Part shown: piece after piece, positions 27,101 through 39,290 of the stretch
Layout of the letters: every line of letters begins with the position of its first letter
How positions within the stretch are numbered: the first letter of the stretch is position 1
Source: Eledone cirrhosa
Lineage: Eukaryota
DNA length: 64,000 nucleotides
Assembly: GCA_964016885.1 (NCBI GenBank)
Contig: OZ024746.1
Coordinates: 51,150,001 to 51,214,000 of the forward strand
Reading direction: 5' to 3'
Position numbers and translations under genes: made by a program
The notes under the pieces: generated by a model
What the model was told of the DNA's origin: nothing
The model's input: the letters and a program-made list of their open reading frames with translations, nothing else
Databases searched by the model: none

Positions 27101-27547
27101 CGACATTGCCACTGTCCCTATCTACGGTCTAGCCAAACCAAAGCCAAGGGAACAAGCTTGTGTGGATCAACGAGATTGACACTGTCCCTATCTACTGTCT
27201 AGAGAAACTTCAGTGAACGGAACGAGCTTGGGTGGATCAACGAGATTGCCACTGTCCCTATCTATTGTCTAGCGAAACGACAGCCAAGCGAACGGACTTG
27301 GTTGAATCAACGAGATTGCCACTGAACCTATCTACTGACTGGCGAAACCACAGCCAAGGGAACGAGCTTGGACGGATCAACGAGATTGCCACTGTCCTTA
27401 TCTACTGTGTAGAGAAACCACAGTCAACGAAACGAGCTTGGGTGGATCAACGAGATTGCCACTGTTTCTATCTACTGTCTAGCGAAACCACAGCCAAGGG
27501 AACGGGCGTGGCTGGATCAACGAGATTGCCACTGTCGCTATCTACTG

Positions 27548-27581
<34 letters not shown>

Positions 27582-30500
27582 CTGGATCAATGAGATAGCC
27601 ACTTTCCCTATCAACTCTCTAGCGAAACCACAGCCAGGGGAACGAACTTGAACGGATCAACGAGATTGCCACTGTCTTTATCTACTGTTTAGCGAAAACA
27701 CAGCCAAGCGAACGAGCTTGGACGGATCAACGAGATTGCCACTGTCATTATCTACTGTCTAGCGAAACCACAGTCAACGGAACGAGCTTGGGTGGATCAA
27801 CGAGATTGCCACTGTGCCTATCTACTGTCTAGCAAAACCACAGCCAAGGGAACGGGCATGACTAGATCAATGAGATTGCCACTGTCCCTATCTACTGTCT
27901 AGCGAAACCACAGACAAGGGAACGAGCTTGGACGGATCAACGAGATTGACACTGTCCCTATCTACTGTCTAGCGAAACCACAGCCATGGGAACGGGCTTG
28001 GGTGGATCAACGAGATTGCCACTGTCCCTATCTACTGTCTAGCGAAACCACAGCCAAGGGAACGAACTTGGACGGATCAACGAGATTGCCACTGTCCCTC
28101 TCTACTGTCTAGCGTAACCACAGCCAAGAGAACGGGCTTGGGTGGATCAACGAGATTGCCACTGTCCCTCTCTACTGTCTAGCGTAACCACAGCCAAGAG
28201 AACGGGCTTAGGTGAATCCACGAGATTGAAACTGTCCCTATCTACTGTCTAGCGAAACCACAGCCAAGGGAACGAGCATAGATGGATCAACGAGATTGCC
28301 ACTGTCCTTATCTACTGTCTAGAGAAACCACAGTCAACGGAACGAGCTTGGGTGGATCAACGAGATTGCCACTGTCCCTATCTACTGGCTAGCGAAACCA
28401 CAGTCAACGGAACGGGCTTGGCTGGATCAACAAGATTGCCACTGTCCTTATCTACTGTCTAGCCACACCAAAGCCGAGGGAACGGCCTTGAGTGGATCAA
28501 CGAGATTGCCACTGTCCCTATCTACTGTCTAGCGAAAGCACAGACAAGGGAACAAGCTTGGACGGATCAACGAAATTGCCTCTGCCCCTATCTACTGTCT
28601 AGCCAAACCGAATCCAAGGGAACCGCCTTGGGTGGATCAACGAGATTGCCACTGTCCCTATCTACTGTCTAGCGAAACCACAGCCAATGGAACGATCTTG
28701 GACGGAAAAACGAGATTGCCACTGTCCCTATCTACTGTCTAGCGAAACTACAGCCAAGGGATCGGACTTGGTACACTCGACGAGATTGCCACTGAACTTA
28801 TCTACTGTCTAGCGAAACCACAGCCAAGGGAGCGAGCTTGGACGGATCAACGAAATTGCCACTGTCCTTATCTACTGTCTAGCGAAACCACAGTCAACGG
28901 AACGAGCTTGGGTGGATCAACGAGATTGCCACTGTCCCTCTCTAATGTTTAGCGAAACCACAGCCAAGAGAACGGGCTTGGGTGGATCAACGAGATTGCC
29001 ACTCTCCCTATCTACTGTCTAGCGAAACCACAGCCAAGGGAACGAACTTGGACGGATCAACGAGATTGCCACTGTCCCTATCTACTGTCTAACGAAACCA
29101 CAGCCAAGGGAGCGAGCTTGGACGGATCAACGAGATTGCCACTGTCCTTATCTACTGTCTAGCGAAACCACAGTCAACGGAACGAGCTTGGGTGGATCAA
29201 CGAGATTGCCACTGTGCCTATCTACTGTCTAGCAAAACCACAGCCAAGGGAACGGGCTTGGCTGGATCAACGAGATTGCCACTGTCGCTATCTTTTGTCT
29301 AGCGAAACCACAGCCAAGGGAACGGACATGACTGGATCAATGAGATTGCCATTGTCCCTATCTACTGTCTAGCGAAACGTCAGCCCTGGGAACGGGCTTG
29401 GGTGGATCAACGAGAATGCCACTGTCCCTATCTACTCTCTAGCGAAACGGAATCCAAGGGAACCGCCTTGGGTGGATCAACGAGATTGCCACTGTCCCTA
29501 TCTACTGTCTAGCGAAATCACAGCCAAGGGTACGAGCTTGGATGGATAAAAGAGATTGCCACTGTCCTTATCTACTGTCTAGCGAAACTACAGCCAAGGG
29601 AACGGGCGTGGCTGGATCAATGATATTGCCACTGTCGCTATCTACTGTCTAGCGAAACCACAGGCAAGGGAACGATCTTGGACGGATCAACGAGATTGCC
29701 ACTGTCCCTATCTACTGTCTAGCGAAACTACAGCCAATGGAACGAGCTTGGACGGAATAACGCGATTGCCACTGTCCCTATCTACTGTCTAGCGAAACCA
29801 CAGCTAAGGGAACGAGCTTGGACGGATCAACGAGATTGCCACTGACACTATCTACTGTCTAGCGAAAACACAGACAAGGGAACGAGCTAGGACGGATCAA
29901 CGAGATTGCCACTGTCCCTATCTACTGTCAAGCGAAACCACAGCCAAGTGAATGGTTTTGGCTGGACCAACGACATTGCCACTGTCCCTATCTACGGTCT
30001 AGCCAAACCAAAGCCAAGGGAACGAGCTTGTGTGGATCAACGAGATTGACACTGTCCCTATCTACTGTCTAGAGAAACTTCAGTGAACGGAAAGAGCTTG
30101 GGTGGATCAACGAGATTGCCACTGTCCCTATCTATTGTCTAACGAAACCACAGACAAGCGAACGGACTTGGTTGAATCAACGAGATTGCCACTGAACCTA
30201 TCTACTGACTGGCGAAACCACAGCCAAGGGAACGAGCTTGGACGGATCAACGAGATTGCCACTGTCCTTATCTACTGTGTAGAGAAACCACAGTCAACGA
30301 AACGAGCTTGGGTGGATCAACGAGATTGCCACTGTTTCTATCTACTGTCTAGCGAAACCACAGCCAAGGGAACGGGCGTGGCTGGATCAACGAGATTGCC
30401 ACTGTCGCTATCTACTGTCTATCGAAACCACAGCCAAGGGAACGGGCTTGGCTGGATCAATGAGATAGCCACTTTCCCTATCAACTCTCTAGCGAAACCA

Positions 30501-32170
30501 CAGCCAGGGGAACGAACTTGAACAGATCAACGAGATTGCCACTGTCTTTATCTACTGTTTAGCGAAAACACAGCCAAGCGAACGAGCTTCGACGGATCAA
30601 CGAGATTGCCACTGTCATTATCTACTGTCTAGCGAAACCACAGTCAACGGAACGAGCTTGGGTGGATCAACGAGATTGCCACTGTGCCTATCTACTGTCT
30701 AGCAAAACCACAGCCAAGGGAACGGGCATGAGTAGATCAATGAGATTGCCACTGTCCCTATCTACTGTCTAGCGAAACCACAGACAAGGGAACGAGCTTG
30801 GACGGATCAACGAGATTGACACTGTCCCTATCTACTGTCTAGCGAAACCACAGCCATGGGAACGGGCTTGGGTGGATCAACGAGATTGCCACTGTCCCTA
30901 TCTACTGTCTAGCGAAACCACAGCCAAGGGAACGAACTTGGACGGATCAACGAGATTGCCATTGCCCCTATCTACTGTCTAGCGAAATTACAGCCAAGGG
31001 AACGAGCTTGGACGGAATAACGAGATTGCCACTGTCCCTCTCTACTGTCTAGCGTAACCACAGCCAAGAGAACGGGCTTGGGTGGATCAACGAGATTGCC
31101 ACTGTCCCTCTCTACTGTCTAGCGTAACCACAGCCAAGAGAACGGGCTTAGGTGAATCCACGAGATTGAAACTGTCCCTATCTACTGTCTAGCGAAACCA
31201 CAGCCAAGAGAACGAACTTGGACGGATCAACGAGATTGCCACTGTCCCTATCTACTGTCTAGCGAAACCACAGCCAAGGGAACGAGCATAGATGGATCAA
31301 CGAGATTGCCACTGTCCTTATCTACTGTCTAGAGAAACCACAGTCAACGGAACGAGCTTGGGTGGATCAACGAGATTGCCACTGTCCCTATCTACTGGCT
31401 AGCGAAACCACAGTCAACGGAACGGGCTTGGCTGGATCAACAAGATTGCCACTGTCCTTATCTACTGTCTAGCCACACCAAAGCCGAGGGAACGGCCTTG
31501 AGTTGATCAACGAGATTGCCACTGTCCCTATCTACTGTCTAGCGAAAACACAGACAAGGGAACAAGCTTGGACGGATCAACGAAATTGCCTCTGCCCCTA
31601 TCTACTGTCTAGCCAAACCGAATCCAAGGGAACCGCCTTGGGAGGATCAACGAGATTGCCACTGTCCCTATCTACTGTCTAGCGAAACCACAGCCAAGGG
31701 AACGAGCTTGGACGGATCAACGAGATTGCCACTGTCCTTATCTACTCTCTAGCGAAACTACAGCCAATGGAACGATCTTGGACGGAATAACGAGATTGCC
31801 ACTGTCCCTATCTACTGTCTAGCGAAACTACAGCCAAGGGATCGGACTTGGTACACTCGACGAGATTGCCACTGAACTTATCTACTGTCTAGCGAAACCA
31901 CAGCCAAGGGAGCGAGCTTGGACGGATCAAGGAAATTGCCACTGTCCTTATCTACTGTCTAGCGAAACCACAGTCAACGGAACGAGCTTGGGTGGATCAA
32001 CGAGATTGCCACTGTCTCTCTCTAATGTTTAGCGAAACCACAGCCAAGAGAACGGGCTTGGGTGGATCAACGAGATTGCCACTCTCCCTATCTACTGTCT
32101 AGCGAAACCACAGCCAAGGGAACGAACTTGGACGGATCAACGATATTGCCACTGTCCCTATCTACTGTCT
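20761..32170 (+). repeat. Tandem duplication of a ~5.7-kb (82/81-monomer) block containing two HOR copies
   Basis: 'aacaagcttgtgtgg' at 21411/27151 (+5740). 'agcgaaagca' at 22861/28531, 'aaagagcttg' at 24421/30091 and 'ggaggatcaa' at 25971/31641 (all +5670). Confidence 0.9.
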
Positions 32171-35100
32171 AACGAAACCACAGCCAAGGGAGCGAGCTTG
32201 GACGGATCAACGAGATTGCCACTGTCCTTATCTACTGTCTAGCGAAACCACAGTCAACGGAACGAGCTTGGGTGGATCAACGAGATTGCCACTGTGCCTA
32301 TCTACTGTCTAGCAAAACCACAGCCAAGGAAACGGGCTTGGCTGGATCAACGAGATTGCCACTGTCGCTATCTTTTGTCTAGCGAAACCACAGCCAAGGG
32401 AACGGACATGACTGGATCAATGAGATTGCCATTGTCCCTATCTACTGTCTAGCGAAACGTCAGCCCTGGGAACGGGCTTGGGTGGATCAACGAGATTGCC
32501 ACTGTCCCTATCTACTGTCTAGCCAAACGGAATCCAAGGGAACCGCCTTGGGTGGATCAACGAGATTGCCACTGTCCCTATCTACTGTCTAGCGAAATCA
32601 CAGCCAAGGGTACGAGCTTGGATGGATAAAATAGATTGCCACTGTCCTTATCTACTGTCTAGCGAAACTACAGCCAATGGAACGATCTTGGACGGAATAA
32701 CGAGATTGCCACTGTCCCTATCTACTGTCTAGCGAAACTACAGCCAATGGAACGATCTTGGACGGAATAACGAGATTGCCACTGACACTATCTACTGTCT
32801 AGCGAAAACACAGACAAGGGAACGAGCTTGGACGGATGAATGAGATTGGCACTGTCCCTATCTACTGTCTAGCTAAACGACAGCCATGGGAACGGGTTTG
32901 GGTGGATCAACGAGATTGCCACTGTCCCTATCTACTGTCTAGCGAAACGACAGCCAAGGGAACGGACTTGCGTGGATCAACGAGATTGCCACTGTCCCTC
33001 TCTACTCTCTAGCGTAACCACAGACAAGTGAACGGGCTTGGGTGGATCAACGAGATTGCGACTGCCCCTATCTACTGTCTAGCGAAATTACAGCCAAGGG
33101 AACGAGCTTGGACGGAATAACGAGATTGCCACTGTCCCTATCTACTGTCTAGCGTAACCACAGCCAAGGGAACGGACTTGGTTAGATCAACGAGATTGCC
33201 ACTGAACCAATCTACTGTCTAGCGAAACCACAGCCAAGGGAACGAGCTTGGACGGATCAACGAGATTGCCACTGTCCTTATCTACTGTCTAGCGAAACCA
33301 TAGCCAATGGAATGATCTTGGACGGAATAACGAGATTGCCACTGTCCCTATCTACTGTCTAGCGAAACTACAGCCAAGGGAACGAGCTTGGACGGATCAA
33401 CGAGATTGCCACTGTCCCTATCTATTGTTTAGCGAAACCACAGCCAAGGGAACGGACTTGGTACAATCGACGAGTTTGCCACTGAACTTATCTACTGTCT
33501 AGCGAAACCACAGCCAAGGGAGCGAGCTTGGACGGATCAACGAGTTTGCTACTGTACTTATCTACTGTCTAGCGAAACCACAGTCAACGGAACGCGCTTG
33601 GGTGGATCAACGAGATTGCCACTGTCCCTATCTACTGTCTAGCGTAACCACAGCCAAGGGAACGGACTTGGTTGATTCAACGAGATTGCCACTGAACCAA
33701 TCTACTGTCTAGCGAAACCACAGCCAAGGGAACGAGCTTGGACGGATCAACGAGATTGCCACTGTCCTTATCTACTGTCTAGCGAAACCATAGCCAATGG
33801 AATGATCTTGGACGGAATAACGAGATTGCCACTGTCCCTATCTACTGTCTAGCGAAACTACAGCCAAGGGAACGAGCTTGGACGGATCAACGAGATTGCC
33901 ACTGTCCTTATCTACTGTCTAGAGAAACCACAGTCAACAGAACGAGCTAGTGTGGATCAACGAGATTGCCACTGTCCCTATCTAATGTCTAGCGAAACCA
34001 CGGCCAAGGGAACGGGCGTGGCTGGATCAATGATATTGCCACTGTCGTTATCTACTGTCTAGCGAACCACAGGCAAGGGAACGATCTTGGACGGATCAAC
34101 GAGATTGCCACTGTCCATATCTACTGTCTAGCGAAACTATAGCCAATGGAACGAGCTTGGACGGAATAACGCGATTGCCACTGTCCCTATCTACTGTCTA
34201 GCGAAACCACAGCTAAGGGAACGAGCTTGGACGGATCAACGAGATTGCCACTGACACTATCTACTGTCTAGCGAAAACACAGACAAGGGAACGAGCTAGG
34301 ACGGATCAACGAGATTGCCACTGTCCCTATCTACTGTCAAGCGAAACCACAGCCAAGTGAATGGTTTTGGCTGGACCAACGACATTGCCACTGTCCCTAT
34401 CTACGGTCTAGCCAAACCAAAGCCAAGGGAACGAGCTTGTGTGGATCAACGAGATTGACACTGTCCCTATCTACTGTCTAGAGAAACTTCAGTGAACGGA
34501 ACGAGCTTGGGTGGATCAACGAGATTGCCACTGTCCCTATCTATTGTCTAACGAAACCACAGCCAAGCGAACGGACTTGGTTGAATCAACGAGATTGCCA
34601 CTGAACCTATCTACTGACTGGCGAAACCACAGCCAAGGGAACGAGCTTGGACGGATCAACGAGATTGCCACTGTCCTTATCTACTGTGTAGAGAAACCAC
34701 AGTCAACGAAACGAGCTTGGGTGGATCAACGAGATTGCCACTGTTTCTATCTACTGTCTAGCGAAACCACAGCCAAGGGAACGGGCGTGGCTGGATCAAC
34801 GAGATTGCCACTGTCGCTATCTACTGTCTATCGAAACCACAGCCAAGGGAACGGGCTTGGCTGGATCAATGAGATAGCCACTTTCCCTATCAACTCTCTA
34901 GCGAAACCACAGCCAGGGGAACGAACTTGAACGGATCAACGAGATTGCCACTGTCTTTATCTACTGTTTAGCGAAAACACAGCCAAGCGAACGAGCTTGG
35001 ACGGATCAACGAGATTGCCACTGTCATTATCTACTGTCTAGCGAAACCACAGTCAACGGAACGAGCTTGTGTGGATCAACGAGATTGCCACTGTGCCTAT

Positions 35101-36070
35101 ATACTGTCTAGCAAAACCACAGCCATGGGAACGGGCATGAGTAGATCAATGAGATTGCCACTGTCCCTATCTACTGTCTAGCGAAACCACATACAAGGGA
35201 ACGAGCTTGGACGGATCAACGAGATTGACACTGTCCCTATCTACTGTCTAGCGAAACCACAGCCATGGGAACGGGCTTGGGTGGATCAACGAGATTGCCA
35301 CTGTCCCTATCTACTGTCTAGCGAAACCACAGCCAAGTGAACTAACTTGGACGGATCAACGAGATTGCCATTGCCCCTATCTACTGTCTAGCGAAATTAC
35401 AGCCAAGGGAACGAGCTTGGACGGAATAACGAGATTGCCACTGTCCCTCTCTACTGTCTAGCGTAACCACAGCCAAGAGAACGGGCTTGGGTGGATCAAC
35501 GAGATTGCCACTGTCCCTCTCTACTGTCTAGCGTAACCACAGCCAAGAGAACGGGCTTAGGTGAATCCACGAGATTGAAACTGTCCCTATCTACTGTCTA
35601 GCGAAACCACAGCCAAGAGAACGAACTTGGACGGATCAACGAGATTGCCACTGTCCCTATCTACTGTCTAGCGAAACCACAGCCAAGGGAACGAGCATAG
35701 ATGGATCAACGAGATTGCCACTGTCCTTATCTACTGTCTAGAGAAACCACAGTCAACGGAACGAGCTTGGGTGGATCAACGAGATTGCCACTGTCCCTAT
35801 CTACTGGCTAGCGAAACCACAGTCAACGGAACGGGCTTGGCTGGATCAACAAGATTGCCACTGTCCTTATCTACTGTCTAGCCACACCAAAGCCGAGGGA
35901 ACGGCCTTGAGTGGATCAACGAGATTGCCACTGTCCCTATCTACTGTCTAGCGAAAACACAGACAAGGGAACAAGCTTGGACGGATCAACGAAATTGCCT
36001 CTGCCCCTATCTACTGTCTAGCCAAACCGAATCCAAGGGAACCGCCTTGGGTGGATCAACGAGATTGCCA

Positions 36071-39000
36071 CTGTCCCTATCTACTGTCTAGCGAAACCAC
36101 AGCCAAGGGAAGGAGCTTGGACGGATCAACGAGATTGCCACTGTCCTTATCTACTCTCTAGCGAAACTACAGCCAATGGAACGATCTTGGACGGAATAAC
36201 GAGATTGCCACTGTCCCTATCTACTGTCTAGCGAAACTACAGCCAAGGGATCGGACTTGGTACACTCGACGAGATTGCCACTGAACTTATCTACTGTCTA
36301 GCGAAACCACAGCCAAGTGAGCGAGCTTGGACGGATCAACGAAATTGCCACTGTCCTTATCTACTGTCTAGCGAAACCACAGTCAACGGAACGAGCTTGG
36401 GTGGATCAACGAGATTGCCACTGTCTCTCTCTAATGTTTAGCGAAACCACAGCCAAGAGAACGGGCTTGGGTGGATCAACGAGATTGCCACTCTCCCTAT
36501 CTACTGTCTAGCGAAACCACAGCCAAGGGAACGAACTTGGACGGATCAACGAGATTGCCACTGTCCCTATCTACTGTCTAACGAAACCACAGCCAAGGGA
36601 GCGAGCTTGGACGGATCAACGAGATTGCCACTGTCCTTATCTACTGTCTAGCGAAACCACAGTCAACGGAACGAGCTTGGGTGGATCAACGAGATTGCCA
36701 CTGTGCCTATCTACTGTCTAGCAAAACCACAGCCAAGGAAACGGGCTTGGCTGGATCAACGAGATTGCCACTGTCGCTATCTTTTGTCTAGCGAAACCAC
36801 AGCCAAGGGAACGGACATGACTGGATCAATGAGATTGCCATTGTCCCTATCTACTGTCTAGCGAAACGTCAGCCCTGGGAACGGGCTTGGGTGGATCAAC
36901 GAGATTGCCACTGTCCCTATCTACTGTCTAGCGAAACGGAATCCAAGGGAACCGCCTTGGGTGGATCAACGAGATTGCCACTGTCCCTATCTACTGTCTA
37001 GCGAAATCACAGCCAAGGGTACGAGCTTGGATGGATAAAAGAGATTGCCACTGTCCTTATCTACTGTCTAGCGAAACTACAGCCAATGGAACGATCTTGG
37101 ACGGAATAACGAGATTGCCACTGTCCCTATCTACTGTCTAGCGAAAACACAGACAAGGGAACGAGCTTGGACGGATGAATGAGATTGGCACTGTCCCTAT
37201 CTACTGTCTAGCTAAACGACAGCCATGGGAACGGGTTTGGGTGGATCAACGAGATTGCCACTGTCCCTATCTACTGTCTAGCGAAACGACAGCCAAGGGA
37301 AAGGACTTGCGTGGATCAACGAGATTGCCACTGTCCCTCTCTACTCTCTAGCGTAACCACAGCCAAGTGAACGGGCTTGTGTGGATCAACGAGATTGCGA
37401 CTGCCCCTATCTACTGTCTAGCGAAATTACAGCCAAGGGAACGAGCTTGGACGGAATAACGAGATTGCCACTGTCCCTATCTACTGTCTAGCGTAACCAC
37501 AGCCAAGGGAACGGACTTGGTTAGATCAACGAGATTGCCACTGAACCAATCTACTGTCTAGCGAAACCACAGCCAAGGGAACGAGCTTGGACGGATCAAC
37601 GAGATTGCCACTGTCCTTATCTACTGTCTAGCGAAACCATAGCCAATGGAATGATCTTGGACGGAATAACGAGATTGCCACTGTCCCTATCTACTGTCTA
37701 GCGAAACCACAGCCAAGGGAACGAGCTTGGACGGATCAACGAGATTGCCACTGTCCTTATCTACTCTCTAGCGAAACTACAGCCAATGGAACGATCTTGG
37801 ACGGAATAACGAGATTGCCACTGTCCCTATCTACTGTCTAGCGAAACTACAGCCAAGGGATCGGACTTGGTACACTCGACGAGATTGCCACTGAACTTAT
37901 CTACTGTCTAGCGAAACCACAGCCAAGTGAGCGAGCTTGGACGGATCAACGAAATTGCCACTGTCCTTATCTACTGTCTAGCGAAACCACAGTCAACGGA
38001 ACGAGCTTGGGTGGATCAACGAGATTGCCACTGTCTCTCTCTAATGTTTAGCGAAACCACAGCCAAGAGAACGGGCTTGGGTGGATCAACGAGATTGCCA
38101 CTCTCCCTATCTACTGTCTAGCGAAACCACAGCCAAGGGAACGAACTTGGACGGATCAACGAGATTGCCACTGTCCCTATCTACTGTCTAACGAAACCAC
38201 AGCCAAGGGAGCGAGCTTGGACGGATCAACGAGATTGCCACTGTCCTTATCTACTGTCTAGCGAAACCACAGTCAACGGAACGAGCTTGGGTGGATCAAC
38301 GAGATTGCCACTGTGCCTATCTACTGTCTAGCAAAACCACAGCCAAGGAAACGGGCTTGGCTGGATCAACGAGATTGCCACTGTCGCTATCTTTTGTCTA
38401 GCGAAACCACAGCCAAGGGAACGGACATGACTGGATCAATGAGATTGCCATTGTCCCTATCTACTGTCTAGCGAAACGTCAGCCCTGGGAACGGGCTTGG
38501 GTGGATCAACGAGATTGCCACTGTCCCTATCTACTGTCTAGCGAAACGGAATCCAAGGGAACCGCCTTGGGTGGATCAACGAGATTGCCACTGTCCCTAT
38601 CTACTGTCTAGCGAAATCACAGCCAAGGGTACGAGCTTGGATGGATAAAAGAGATTGCCACTGTCCTTATCTACTGTCTAGCGAAACTACAGCCAATGGA
38701 ACGATCTTGGACGGAATAACGAGATTGACACTGTCCCTATCTACTGTCTAGCGAAAACACAGACAAGGGAACGAGCTTGGACGGATGAATGAGATTGGCA
38801 CTGTCCCTATCTACTGTCTAGCTAAACGACAGCCATGGGAACGGGTTTGGGTGGATCAACGAGATTGCCACTGTCCCTATCGACTGTCTAGCGAAACGAC
38901 AGCCAAGGGAAAGGACTTGCGTGGATCAACGAGATTGCCACTGTCCCTCTCTACTCTCTAGCGTAACCACAGCCAAGTGAACGGGCTTGTGTGGATCAAC

Positions 39001-39290
39001 GAGATTGCGACTGCCCCTATCTACTGTCTAGCGAAATTACAGCCAAGGGAACGAGCTTGGACGGAATAACGAGATTGCCACTGTCCCTATCTACTGTCTA
39101 GCGTAACCACAGCCAAGGGAACGGACTTGGTTAGATCAACGAGATTGCCACTGAACCAATCTACTGTCTAGCGAAACCACAGCCAAGGGAACGAGCTTGG
39201 ACGGATCAACGAGATTGCCACTGTCCTTATCTACTGTCTAGCGAAACCATAGCCAATGGAATGATCTTGGACGGAATAACGAGATTGCCA
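36071..39290 (+). repeat. Tandem duplication of a 1610-bp (23-monomer) block
   Basis: Identical spurious ORFs at 36317/37927, and 'aaggacttgc' at 37301/38911. Confidence 0.9.

Larger units (their letters stand above)
15322..34065 (+). repeat. Homogeneous core: ~268 monomers in exact 70-bp phase, organised as higher-order repeats of 40-53 monomers
   Basis: No indel between the 1-bp deletions at ~15322 and ~34066. A marker block recurs at 17782, 21492, 24432, 27232 and 30102 (spacings 3710, 2940, 2800, 2870, all multiples of 70). Confidence 0.92.
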
